A stretch of 36,221 nucleotides of DNA from a virus: IMG/VR virus record IMGVR_UViG_3300045988_173666; one strand, 5' to 3'. The notes beneath the pieces are model-generated. The model was not told where the DNA came from. It saw only the letters and a list, made by a program, of their open reading frames with translations, and did no database searches. Each line of letters starts with the position of its first letter. The first letter of the stretch is position 1. The position numbers and the translations under genes were made by a program. Positions 17,688 through 24,920 of this stretch are shown piece by piece.

Positions 17688-18905
17688 ATGGCAGAGAACG
17701 ACAGCATCGTCGAGTACCCGGTCATCACCGACGACACGGGCCGCGCCATCGCGGGCGCGCTGCAGGCGATGGCGCACGACAAGGTGGCGGCGCTGAAGAC
17801 GGACTGGGACGGCCTGGCGCGCATGAGCCGCGACGGCCTGGGGCGCTACATGCTCGGCATCGGCGACCAGATTACCTCAAAGTGGACCGACCCGGACGGC
17901 GGCACCGCCTACGACGTGCCCAACGACGTGTGCCACTTCCCCGCCGAGCTGGAACTGCAGGACGGCGAGAAGCTGCCCGGCACCATCCTGCAGTGGCACT
18001 ACACCCTGCCCTTCGGCACGCAGTTCGACCAGAAGGAGGCCTTCTGGTACTGCGAGGCCGCGCTGGCCGCGGGCACCTACAACCTGACCATGGGCGCCTC
18101 GTGGGGCACCAACGTGGTCAAGGGCAAGACCTACCAGTTCACGCTCGCCAAGGACGTGCCGAAGGGCGGCGTGCTGGCCGGCATGGAGTACGCACCGGAC
18201 CGCGACCCGGGCACGTGGCAGGTCAAGTCCTACAAGACCGTGAGCGACGCCGACCCCATCGAGACGGTGGGCATGAGCGAGGGTGCGCAGGGCACGAGCC
18301 TGGGCACCATCGGCACCAAGCCGGACGGCAACATGAACAGCATCTACCGCTGCGCCTACGGCTACAACCGCTGGAGCCAGTCCGCGCTGCGCCAGTACCT
18401 CAACGGCAAGGGCACGAACTGGTGGAAGCCGCAGAACAAGTGGGACCGCCCGCCGGAGTACGTCGGCAAGCGCGGCTTCCTGGACGGCATCCCCGAGGCC
18501 GAGCTGGCCGTCATGCGCCGCGTGAAGGTCGTCACCGGCGTGCCCTACTGCGAGGAGGGCACCGACAGCGAGCCGGTGCTGGACACCACCTACGACCTCG
18601 TGTTCCTGCCGAGCATGGAGGAGCACTTCCTGGCGCTCGGCGAGTCCGGCATGAAGGGCAAGGAGGGCGAGGCGTGGGAGTACTGGGCGCGCGTCGCGCA
18701 GTCCCCGACGCCGCTGGCGCTGTGGCAGACGTGGCCGCAGCTGATCACCTACGCCATCAACGGCAAGACCAGTCCACAGGGCGTCTGGGCGCGTTCCGCT
18801 TATCGCTACTACGGCCACTACACGTTCTGCGTGAACACGTCGGGCACCGTCCGCGGCAACCACGCGCAGAACGCGCTGCGCTGTGCTCCCGCCCGCGCCA
18901 TCTAG
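17688..18905 (+). CDS. DGR target protein; putative receptor-binding tail fibre protein with a C-terminal C-type-lectin-fold-like variable region
   Basis: The ATG at 17688 follows AAGAGGAAGG and lies 2 nt after the BppU-like stop. 405 aa. The C-terminus ...GVWARSAYRYYGHYTFCVNTSGTVRGNHAQNALRCAPARAI carries the VR. Confidence 0.9.
   Translation: MAENDSIVEYPVITDDTGRAIAGALQAMAHDKVAALKTDWDGLARMSRDGLGRYMLGIGDQITSKWTDPDGGTAYDVPNDVCHFPAELELQDGEKLPGTILQWHYTLPFGTQFDQKEAFWYCEAALAAGTYNLTMGASWGTNVVKGKTYQFTLAKDVPKGGVLAGMEYAPDRDPGTWQVKSYKTVSDADPIETVGMSEGAQGTSLGTIGTKPDGNMNSIYRCAYGYNRWSQSALRQYLNGKGTNWWKPQNKWDRPPEYVGKRGFLDGIPEAELAVMRRVKVVTGVPYCEEGTDSEPVLDTTYDLVFLPSMEEHFLALGESGMKGKEGEAWEYWARVAQSPTPLALWQTWPQLITYAINGKTSPQGVWARSAYRYYGHYTFCVNTSGTVRGNHAQNALRCAPARAI
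18775..18899 (+). repeat. DGR variable repeat (VR)
   Basis: Aligns without gaps to TR 19394..19518 at an offset of 619 nt. 105 of 125 positions are identical. Nineteen of the 20 differences are at TR adenines. It ends 4 nt before the stop codon. Confidence 0.92.
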
Positions 18906-18921
18906 CCATCGATGCCAATCC

Positions 18922-18943
18922 GGGGCGGGCCACCGCCCGCCCC
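18922..18943 (+). promoter_or_regulatory. GC hairpin downstream of the VR (candidate DGR target-recognition hairpin/cruciform)
   Basis: GGGGCGGGC (18922-18930), loop CACC, GCCCGCCCC (18935-18943) form a perfect 9-bp stem. It lies 23 nt past the end of VR homology and has no T-tract. Confidence 0.55.
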
Positions 18944-18964
18944 CTGTTCGAAAAGGAGGCCGCT

Positions 18965-19375
18965 TTGTCGGTACCTAAAAGGTTGAGGAAGAAAAGCAAG
19001 CTCGAAGTGTTCGTGAACGCCTGCGACCTCGTGGAGTACGTGCTGAAGATCACGGCGAACGAGAAGGTGTTCAAGCCGGAGCAGTCCGCCGTCACGGACA
19101 AGATAAAGGCGGCGGCGCTCGACATAGCGCGCTTCATATGGTGCGCCAACAACATCCGCGTGCGCCAGGACGCGCAGCTGTACGCCGAGCGGCGCCGCCT
19201 GCAGGACATGGCCATGACGTGCTGCCGCGAGCTGCTTTTCCTCATCGACCTCGCATGGGACGTCATGCACCTGTCTGAGCGCCGAGCCGTCTACTGGGTC
19301 GGCAAGACAATGGACCTGCGAGACGAGATAGCCGCATGGAGGGCATCCGACGCCAAGAGATACGGGCGTCTGTGA
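18965..19375 (+). CDS. avd: Accessory variability determinant (Avd)-like protein
   Basis: The TTG at 18965 lies 6 nt after AAGGAGG. 136 aa, basic and helical in character (...LVEYVLKITANEKVFKPEQ...ALDIARFIWCANNIRV...RRRLQDMAMTCCRELLFLIDLAWDV...). It sits between the target gene and the TR. Confidence 0.75.
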   Translation: MSVPKRLRKKSKLEVFVNACDLVEYVLKITANEKVFKPEQSAVTDKIKAAALDIARFIWCANNIRVRQDAQLYAERRRLQDMAMTCCRELLFLIDLAWDVMHLSERRAVYWVGKTMDLRDEIAAWRASDAKRYGRL

Positions 19376-19393
19376 TAGCCGGGGCCGCGGCTG

Positions 19394-19518
19394 AACAGAA
19401 CGTCTGGACGCGTTCCGCTAATCGCAACAACGGCAACAACACGTTCATCGTGAACACGTCGGGCAACGTCAACAACAACAACGCGCAGAACGCGCTGCGC
19501 TGTGCTCCCGACCGAACC
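19394..19518 (+). repeat. DGR template repeat (TR)
   Basis: It is adenine- and AAC-rich and reads QNVWTRSANRNNGNNTFIVNTSGNVNNNNAQNALRCAPDRT in the VR frame. It begins 19 nt after the avd stop. Confidence 0.92.
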
Positions 19519-19719
19519 GGCGAAAGCCCCACCGAAGCCTGCGGCGCAGCCGCGGAGCGGGGCGAAACCGGCGCGGGGAGCCGCGACCCCGAGCCCGAGA
19601 GGGCCGAACAACGCCGGGGCGACGCCGACGCGGCTGGAACGCGGGCGGCTATCGCGCGCCCCGGACCCACACCCGAACTGGAACCCGGCGAGCTGAACGG
19701 CGTCGTCGGGTTCCTCGCT
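19519..19719 (+). other. TR-RT spacer (probable non-coding part of the DGR RNA)
   Basis: GC-rich and low-complexity when translated. It lies between the TR and the first conserved RT residues. Assignment is by analogy with the BPP-1 TR-Sp RNA. Confidence 0.4.
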
Positions 19720-20715
19720 TTGAGGGAGAGCGCGAAGAAGTGCCGGCGCGGCGTCATATGGAAGGACAGCGCCGCCAGCTACATGCTGAACCTGTCAGAG
19801 CGCACGCTGGCCATGAGCCGCAAGCTGCAGGCGGGCACGTTCAGGTGCGGGCCCACGCGGGAGTTCTACGTGACGAGGCCCAAGCGCCGCACCATCGTGA
19901 GCGTGGGCTTCGCCGACCGCGTGTTCCAGCGCAGCCTCAACGACAACAGCATCTACCCCCGCATGGTGCGCGGCTTCATATCGGACAACGCGGCATGCCG
20001 GAAGGGCAAGGGCACCGACTACGCCCGCGAGCGCTTGAAGGAGTTCATGCGCCGCCACTACCGCAAGAACGGGCCGAACGGCTGGGTATGCCAGATGGAC
20101 GTGGCGGGCTACTACCCGAACATGCGGCACGAGACGGCCGAGGCGGCGTTCGCCCGTAAGCTGCCGCCCGAGATCATGGCCATGGCCATGGCGGTCATGC
20201 GGAACCAGTACCCGGGCGAGGTCGGCTACAACCCGGGCAGCCAGATGATACAGATAGCCGGCATCAGCGTGCTGGACCCGCTGGACCACATGGCCAAGGA
20301 CCTCATGGGAATCAGGCACTACATCAGGTACATGGACGACGCCGTGGCCATCCTGCCGACGCGCGAGGAGGCCGAGAGAGCCATGGCGGCCTTCGGCGAC
20401 ACGCTGCATAACCTAGGCTTCGAGCTGAACCCCAAGAAGTCACGCGTGCACCCGCTGCGCGACGGCATCGAGTTCCTGGGCTTCGACTTCCACCTGACCG
20501 ACACGGGGAAGGCCCTCATGTTCGTCAAGCCGTCGAACGTCAAGGAGATGCACCGCCGTATCCGCCGCATGGCGCGGCTGGCGCAGACGGGCAAGATGTA
20601 CCGCTCCGAGGTGGACGGGAGCTACCAGGGCTGGCGCGACCACGCTTCCAAGGGTGACAGCTTCGGGCTGATCAGGCGCTCCGACGCCTGGTACAAGGGA
20701 CTATGGAAGGAGTAG
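19720..20715 (+). CDS. DGR-type reverse transcriptase
   Basis: The RT motifs are ...PKRRTIVSVGFADRVFQRSL..., ...CQMDVAGYYPNM..., ...YNPGSQMIQIAG..., HYIRYMDDAVAIL (YMDD box) and ...IEFLGFDF. The start is uncertain: candidates are CTG 19693, TTG 19720 and ATG 19783. The stop is TAG at 20713-20715. Confidence 0.88.
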   Translation: MRESAKKCRRGVIWKDSAASYMLNLSERTLAMSRKLQAGTFRCGPTREFYVTRPKRRTIVSVGFADRVFQRSLNDNSIYPRMVRGFISDNAACRKGKGTDYARERLKEFMRRHYRKNGPNGWVCQMDVAGYYPNMRHETAEAAFARKLPPEIMAMAMAVMRNQYPGEVGYNPGSQMIQIAGISVLDPLDHMAKDLMGIRHYIRYMDDAVAILPTREEAERAMAAFGDTLHNLGFELNPKKSRVHPLRDGIEFLGFDFHLTDTGKALMFVKPSNVKEMHRRIRRMARLAQTGKMYRSEVDGSYQGWRDHASKGDSFGLIRRSDAWYKGLWKE

Positions 20716-20718
20716 CCG

Positions 20719-20889
20719 ATGCTGAACATCAAGAAGGCCCCGGACGACCTGGCCGCCGCGCGCGAGCAGGAGAACCTGGCCAGCCGCATCGAGCGCCAGG
20801 AGGCGCTGACCGAGCTGGTGGCCGCCTGCGCCGACGTGGAGTTGCCGATCGACGACGAGGACGAGACCGCACCCGGGGAGGTGGAGTAG
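20719..20889 (+). CDS. Small acidic hypothetical protein (56 aa)
   Basis: Hand-translated; it is below the ORF-track cut-off. The ATG at 20719 lies 6 nt after GGAAGGAG. The product is MLNIKKAPDDLAAAREQENLASRIERQEALTELVAACADVELPIDDEDETAPGEVE. Confidence 0.55.
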   Translation: MLNIKKAPDDLAAAREQENLASRIERQEALTELVAACADVELPIDDEDETAPGEVE

Positions 20890-21039
20890 ATGGCCGTGAA
20901 GCTGAGCAAGTTCGCGCAGCGCGTGCAGAAGTGGTACCTGAAGGGCTTCTACAACGACGCGAGCCTGGAGCAGCTGCTGGCTGCCGGCAAGATCACCAAG
21001 CGAGAGCGCGACGCCATCATCGCGTCCAAGGAGGAGTAG
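20890..21039 (+). CDS. XkdX-like small phage protein (49 aa)
   Basis: Hand-translated. The ATG abuts the upstream TAG. The product MAVKLSKFAQRVQKWYLKGFYNDASLEQLLAAGKITKRERDAIIASKEE has the typical XkdX pattern W..G.Y....L...V..GKIT. Confidence 0.6.
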   Translation: MAVKLSKFAQRVQKWYLKGFYNDASLEQLLAAGKITKRERDAIIASKEE

Positions 21040-21042
21040 GCC

Positions 21043-21456
21043 GTGGAGGTACTGAGCCTGTTCGCACCGTATGGTCCGGCGTGGCTCGGCGGCGTCCTGC
21101 TCGGCCTCATAGCGTTCTACTTCGGCCGCCAGTTTCTGGACGAATACAAACGGCAGAACGAACGCAAGGGCGCCCTGGACCTGAAGCGCGAGGAGCGCAA
21201 GCAGGAGGAGGTGGCCGAGAGGGCGCAGCGCGACCGCGAGCGCTCGCAGATGGAGGGCCGCATCGCCGCGCAGATGGAGCGCAGCAACAGCCTCATGGAG
21301 GCCATGAAGACGCTGATGGAGTCCGTGGTGGCCTCGAACAAGGTGCTGCACTCGGACCTCGCTCACAGCCAGGCGCGCAGCCAGGGCATGGCCGCCAAGG
21401 TGGACCACATCTGCGACCGCGTCGACCTGCTGTACGACAAGGAATCGAACAACTAA
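21043..21456 (+). CDS. Membrane-anchored coiled-coil protein (lysis-cassette accessory or holin-like)
   Basis: GTG start at 21043. It has an N-terminal TM helix (AWLGGVLLGLIAFYFG) followed by a charged coiled coil, and lies directly upstream of the holin. Confidence 0.5.
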   Translation: MEVLSLFAPYGPAWLGGVLLGLIAFYFGRQFLDEYKRQNERKGALDLKREERKQEEVAERAQRDRERSQMEGRIAAQMERSNSLMEAMKTLMESVVASNKVLHSDLAHSQARSQGMAAKVDHICDRVDLLYDKESNN

Positions 21457-21467
21457 AGGAGAAAGTC

Positions 21468-21773
21468 ATGAATGAAGTGCAGGCAGGGCTCACGGTGCTG
21501 ACCGTGCTCGTGGTGCCCTATATCGTGCAGGCGATCAAGTCCAAGGCCATGGGCGGCAACACGGCGCGCTGGCTCGCCATCGCAGTCTCGGCGCTGTGCG
21601 GCGCCCTCACCGCGATGGCCGGGGGCATGCCGACCGACGCGTCGGCGTGGGTGACCTCCATCTTCGCGTGCGTCGGCGGCGTGCAGGTGGCCTACGCCTC
21701 CTTTAGGGCCGTCGGCGTGACCGACAAGTGGCTGGACGCACTGCTGGCGCTCGGCGAGGTCAAGGAGGACTAG
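21468..21773 (+). CDS. Holin (three predicted TM helices)
   Basis: ATG at 21468 after AAAGGAG. 101 aa with three hydrophobic segments and a charged C-terminus. It lies immediately upstream of the endolysin. Confidence 0.65.
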   Translation: MNEVQAGLTVLTVLVVPYIVQAIKSKAMGGNTARWLAIAVSALCGALTAMAGGMPTDASAWVTSIFACVGGVQVAYASFRAVGVTDKWLDALLALGEVKED

Positions 21774-21775
21774 CC

Positions 21776-22585
21776 GTGGACTTCGACAAGCTGCAGGCGG
21801 ACGTGAACATGCTGCTGACCCGCCACTTCACCAAGGGGCGCAGCGGCCACAAGCTCAAGTTCACCGTCGTGCACTACAACGCCGGCGACCTCACCGTGGA
21901 GCAGTGCTACAACATCTGGCAGTCCTGCGAGGCGTCCGCGCACTATCAGGTCGAGTCCGGCGGCCGCATCGGCCAGCTGGTCAACGACTCCGACACCGCA
22001 TGGCACGCCCGCGACTGGGACGCCAACTGCGAGAGCATCGGAATCGAGCACGCCAACCAGGGCGACTCGATCACGGACGCGTGCCTGGAGAGCGGCGCGC
22101 ACCTGCTGGCCGCCATCCACAAGTTCTACGGCCTGGGGCGCCCGGAATGGGGCGTGAACGTGTTCCCGCACTCGCACTTCGCCGCCACGCAGTGCCCCGG
22201 GCCGCTCCGCGAGGGCACGACCTACCACAACCGCTACATGGCGCGCGCCCAGCAGTGGTACGACGCCATGGAGGCCGGCACGGAGCCCGGGGACGCCCCG
22301 ACGGGCGAGACCACGCAGCCAAGCGGGGAGCACTCCGGCCAGGGCTTCGGCGGCCGCTACCGCTGCACCGTGAACTACCTGCGCGTGCGCGACGCGCCCG
22401 GCCTATCTGGCACCGAGGTGGCGCACTACTCGGAGGGCGAGACAGTGACCCTCGACGACTGGTACAAGATCGCCGACGGCTACGTGTGGGGACGCTACAC
22501 CGGATACAGCGGCAAGGTCCGCTACGTCGCCGCGGGCAAGGCCACCGGCAAGCCCGAGGCCGACGACTACCTGGTGCGTGTCTAG
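21776..22585 (+). CDS. Endolysin: N-acetylmuramoyl-L-alanine amidase (Amidase_2/PGRP type) with a C-terminal SH3-like wall-binding domain
   Basis: GTG at 21776, 7 nt after AAGGAGG. The motifs are VVHYNAG, ASAHYQV, AWHARDWDANCESIGIEHAN and HSHFAATQCPG. The SH3b-like tail reads YRCTVNYLRVRDAPG...DGYVWGRY. Confidence 0.88.
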   Translation: MDFDKLQADVNMLLTRHFTKGRSGHKLKFTVVHYNAGDLTVEQCYNIWQSCEASAHYQVESGGRIGQLVNDSDTAWHARDWDANCESIGIEHANQGDSITDACLESGAHLLAAIHKFYGLGRPEWGVNVFPHSHFAATQCPGPLREGTTYHNRYMARAQQWYDAMEAGTEPGDAPTGETTQPSGEHSGQGFGGRYRCTVNYLRVRDAPGLSGTEVAHYSEGETVTLDDWYKIADGYVWGRYTGYSGKVRYVAAGKATGKPEADDYLVRV

Positions 22586-22587
22586 CC

Positions 22588-22929
22588 ATGAGGAACATGG
22601 AAGGACCCGGGCGCGACGGGCTGGCGGCACTCCTCATGGTCGTTATCGGGCTGACCCTGGCCGTGTGCTTCGCCGGCATGCTGGAGGGCTGCACGGACGA
22701 GGCCAGGGCCCAAGAGGTGGACGTCGCCACCGTGTACGACACGCCCGCCGAGACCGCCAAGCCCCGTACGGACGGCCCCATCTACGACCTGCCAGACAAC
22801 GTGCACCAGCAGATCGTGTGCGACCGCCAGAACCGGGAGTACCTGCTGCTGACCACGGCTCGCGGCGGCGTGTGCCTGGTCCCGTTCCTCGACGAGGACG
22901 GCAAGCAGGCGATCATGCCGAACGCGTGA
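22588..22929 (+). CDS. Small secreted or lipoprotein-like protein (moron candidate)
   Basis: ATG at 22588. The N-terminal hydrophobic helix ends in ...FAGMLEGC, which is lipobox-like but atypical. It is the last gene before the terminator and the convergent integrase. Confidence 0.5.
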   Translation: MRNMEGPGRDGLAALLMVVIGLTLAVCFAGMLEGCTDEARAQEVDVATVYDTPAETAKPRTDGPIYDLPDNVHQQIVCDRQNREYLLLTTARGGVCLVPFLDEDGKQAIMPNA

Positions 22930-24424
22930 GCCACGGCGCGTCCGAGACAGCCGCGAAACCGCAGGGCAGGGCATAGATGGAGGTGTTCGCCGTAAGTCTC
23001 CGCAGCCCAGCCCCCAGATACTTACGCGAACCCCTGCCGGGACCGTCCGGCGGGGGTTCCTTTTTGTCGAACGTGAACTCCGCGGTGAGCGTGCCGGCGG
23101 CGCGGTCCACCACCACGCGGCGCACGAACAGCCGCACGGCCTCCAGCGGGTCGGAGCGCCCCATGACGCGGCGCACCCAGAACTCCACCTGGTCGGCGTC
23201 CAGCGCCCCCATGCCGGCCCGCGCGTCGGCGATCTCGGCCTCCAGCGCCGCCCGCTCGTCGGACAGCGCGTTCAGCTTCTCGGCCACGGCGTCCACGGCG
23301 CCGGTCTTCGCGGCCAGGTCCACCATGCGCGACTGCTCGCGGGCGTTCTGCCCCAGCCTCTTCTCCATGGCGCGCACGGCGGCGAGGTCGTCGGCCAGCG
23401 CCGCCTCCTGCTCGGCCATGACGTCGGCCACGATGCCCTCCACGGCGCCGTCGTCGGCGGCCAGGGCGTCGGCCACCATGCGGGCCACCTCCGCCTCCAG
23501 CGCGTCGCGGCGCACCTGGTGGCCCGTCGCCGGGCAGCGGTAGTACGTGTACTTCCTGCCCGACTTCCCGTGGCCGCTGCTGGACTGGTAGCGGTGGCCC
23601 TCCGTGTCGAACAGCTTCCCGGACAGCAGGTAGTCCACCGTGGACCTCCTTCGCCTCGTGCGCAGCGCCAGGCGCCGCTGCACGGCGTCGAACTCCTCGC
23701 GCGGGATGATCTGCGGCATGCCGCCCTCCACCACCGTGTCGCCGTAGCGGTAGACGCCGGCGTACTTGTCGTTGCGCAGCATCTTGCCGACCATCTGGAC
23801 GGTGAGCGGGCCGCCGCCCTTCGAGCGCACGGCCGGCAGCGCGGCGATGATCTCGGCGAACGAGGCGCCCTGCTGGTACATGGCGAACACGCGGCGCACC
23901 GCGGCCGCCTCGCCCTCGTTGACGACGTAGCGGCCGTCCGGCCCGTGGTCGTAGCCGAACACCCGGATGCCGTTGTGGCGGCACTTCATGGCGTTGCCCG
24001 CCAGCCCGCGTCGCACGTTCTCCGACAGGTTGGCGCTGTAGTACTCCGCCAGCCCCTCCAGCATCGACTCCAGCAGGATGCCGTCCGGCCCGTCGCCGGT
24101 GCGCTCCGTGGCGCTCACGAGCCGCACGCCGGCCTGCTTCAGGCGGCGGCGGTACACGGCCGCGTCGTAGCGGTTGCGCGCGAAGCGGTCGAGCTTGTAC
24201 ACGTACACGGCCGAGAACAGCCCCCTCTGGGCGTCGGCGACCATGCGTATGAACCCGGCGCGGCGGTCCGTGGTCGTGCCGGTCGTGGCGCGGTCCTCGT
24301 AGACGTGCCCCACGGCGTCGCCGGCCGCCTCGATGGCCGCGCGGCACACCCTCACCTGGTCCTCGATGGACTCCTCGCGCTGGCCCGCCGAGCTGTAGCG
24401 GGCGTAGATCGCCGCCGTGGCCAT
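22913..24424 (-). CDS. int: Large serine recombinase (phage integrase)
   Basis: 503 aa. The N-terminal resolvase catalytic motif is AAIYARYSSAGQREESIEDQ. A recombinase domain and a zinc-ribbon-like segment ...YYRCP... follow, then a coiled coil. The RBS GAGGAGG lies within the end of the repressor gene. Confidence 0.9.
   Translation of the reverse strand: MATAAIYARYSSAGQREESIEDQVRVCRAAIEAAGDAVGHVYEDRATTGTTTDRRAGFIRMVADAQRGLFSAVYVYKLDRFARNRYDAAVYRRRLKQAGVRLVSATERTGDGPDGILLESMLEGLAEYYSANLSENVRRGLAGNAMKCRHNGIRVFGYDHGPDGRYVVNEGEAAAVRRVFAMYQQGASFAEIIAALPAVRSKGGGPLTVQMVGKMLRNDKYAGVYRYGDTVVEGGMPQIIPREEFDAVQRRLALRTRRRRSTVDYLLSGKLFDTEGHRYQSSSGHGKSGRKYTYYRCPATGHQVRRDALEAEVARMVADALAADDGAVEGIVADVMAEQEAALADDLAAVRAMEKRLGQNAREQSRMVDLAAKTGAVDAVAEKLNALSDERAALEAEIADARAGMGALDADQVEFWVRRVMGRSDPLEAVRLFVRRVVVDRAAGTLTAEFTFDKKEPPPDGPGRGSRKYLGAGLRRLTANTSIYALPCGFAAVSDAPWLTRSA
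23031..23066 (+). terminator. Rho-independent terminator of the late/lysis operon (lies inside the 3' end of the antisense integrase ORF)
   Basis: CCCCTGCCGG (23031-23040), loop GACCGT, CCGGCGGGGG (23047-23056) form a 10-bp stem with one G-U pair. The tail is TTCCTTTTT. Confidence 0.65.
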
Positions 24425-24426
24425 GG

Positions 24427-24831
24427 CTAGCCCTCCTCCGCCGCGTTCGCGGGGTCCTTCGCCAGCGACGTGGCCACGCTGTGCAGTATGTGGCGCCCGT
24501 TCTCGTTCATGGAGTCGTAGGCGTCCTCGATGTTCTGTAGGCGTTTGTCGACCACTCGAATAACCTGCTGCGGCTGAGTCGGCTCGTCCGGTATTCCCAT
24601 CGCCTGGGCAATCGCGCCAGGCTCGGCCAAGTCATCTCCGAACAGATCAGTGACCGAAACGCCGAAGAAGTCAGCTACGCGCTTTAACTCCGTAGCGCTT
24701 TTCGGCGCGTTTTTGCACTGCTCCCAATTCCTGTACGTACCCAACGGCACGTGAAGTTGTTCCGCTGCCTGTTCCTGTTTCAAGCCTGAGCGTTTCCTGA
24801 TGCTTTTCAACTCATACAGCAACGCACTCAC
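24427..24831 (-). CDS. XRE-family HTH repressor (CI-like), co-transcribed with int
   Basis: 134 aa. The HTH is LKSIRKRSGLKQEQAAEQLHVPLGTYRNWEQ. It is divergent from the early operon. The GTG start at 24831 is uncertain; an alternative is TTG at 24822. Confidence 0.8.
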   Translation of the reverse strand: MSALLYELKSIRKRSGLKQEQAAEQLHVPLGTYRNWEQCKNAPKSATELKRVADFFGVSVTDLFGDDLAEPGAIAQAMGIPDEPTQPQQVIRVVDKRLQNIEDAYDSMNENGRHILHSVATSLAKDPANAAEEG

Positions 24832-24884
24832 CCCCGTTAATCCGCCTAGTACACAACACGTAATTATAATTTTGTAATTTGTGC

Positions 24885-24913
24885 TTGACTAGTGCGCAAG
24901 TAGTGTTTACTAT
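24885..24913 (+). promoter_or_regulatory. Sigma70-like early rightward promoter
   Basis: TTGACT (24885-24890), a 17-nt spacer, then TACTAT (24908-24913), in an AT-rich divergent intergenic region. A TATAAT-like palindrome TAATTATAAT at 24861-24870 could serve the leftward repressor promoter. Confidence 0.55.
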
Positions 24914-24920
24914 TCATCAC

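Larger units (their letters stand above)
17688..20715 (+). mobile_element. Diversity-generating retroelement (DGR) cassette: target gene with VR, avd, TR, reverse transcriptase
   Basis: The TR/VR pair shows adenine-specific mismatches. An Avd-like gene and a YMDD reverse transcriptase follow in the canonical order. Confidence 0.92.

Noticed and set aside
19336-19719. ATG at 19336 as the RT start, which would make the TR part of the RT coding sequence
   Set aside because: It would overlap avd by 40 nt and add about 128 aa consisting of the TR translation plus low-complexity spacer. DGR RTs are about 320-380 aa, and conserved sequence starts near 19711.
22930-23030. Attempt to call attP from inverted repeats downstream of the integrase
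   Set aside because: Only weak, imperfect symmetry is visible. Serine-integrase attP sites cannot be called reliably without the integrated junctions.
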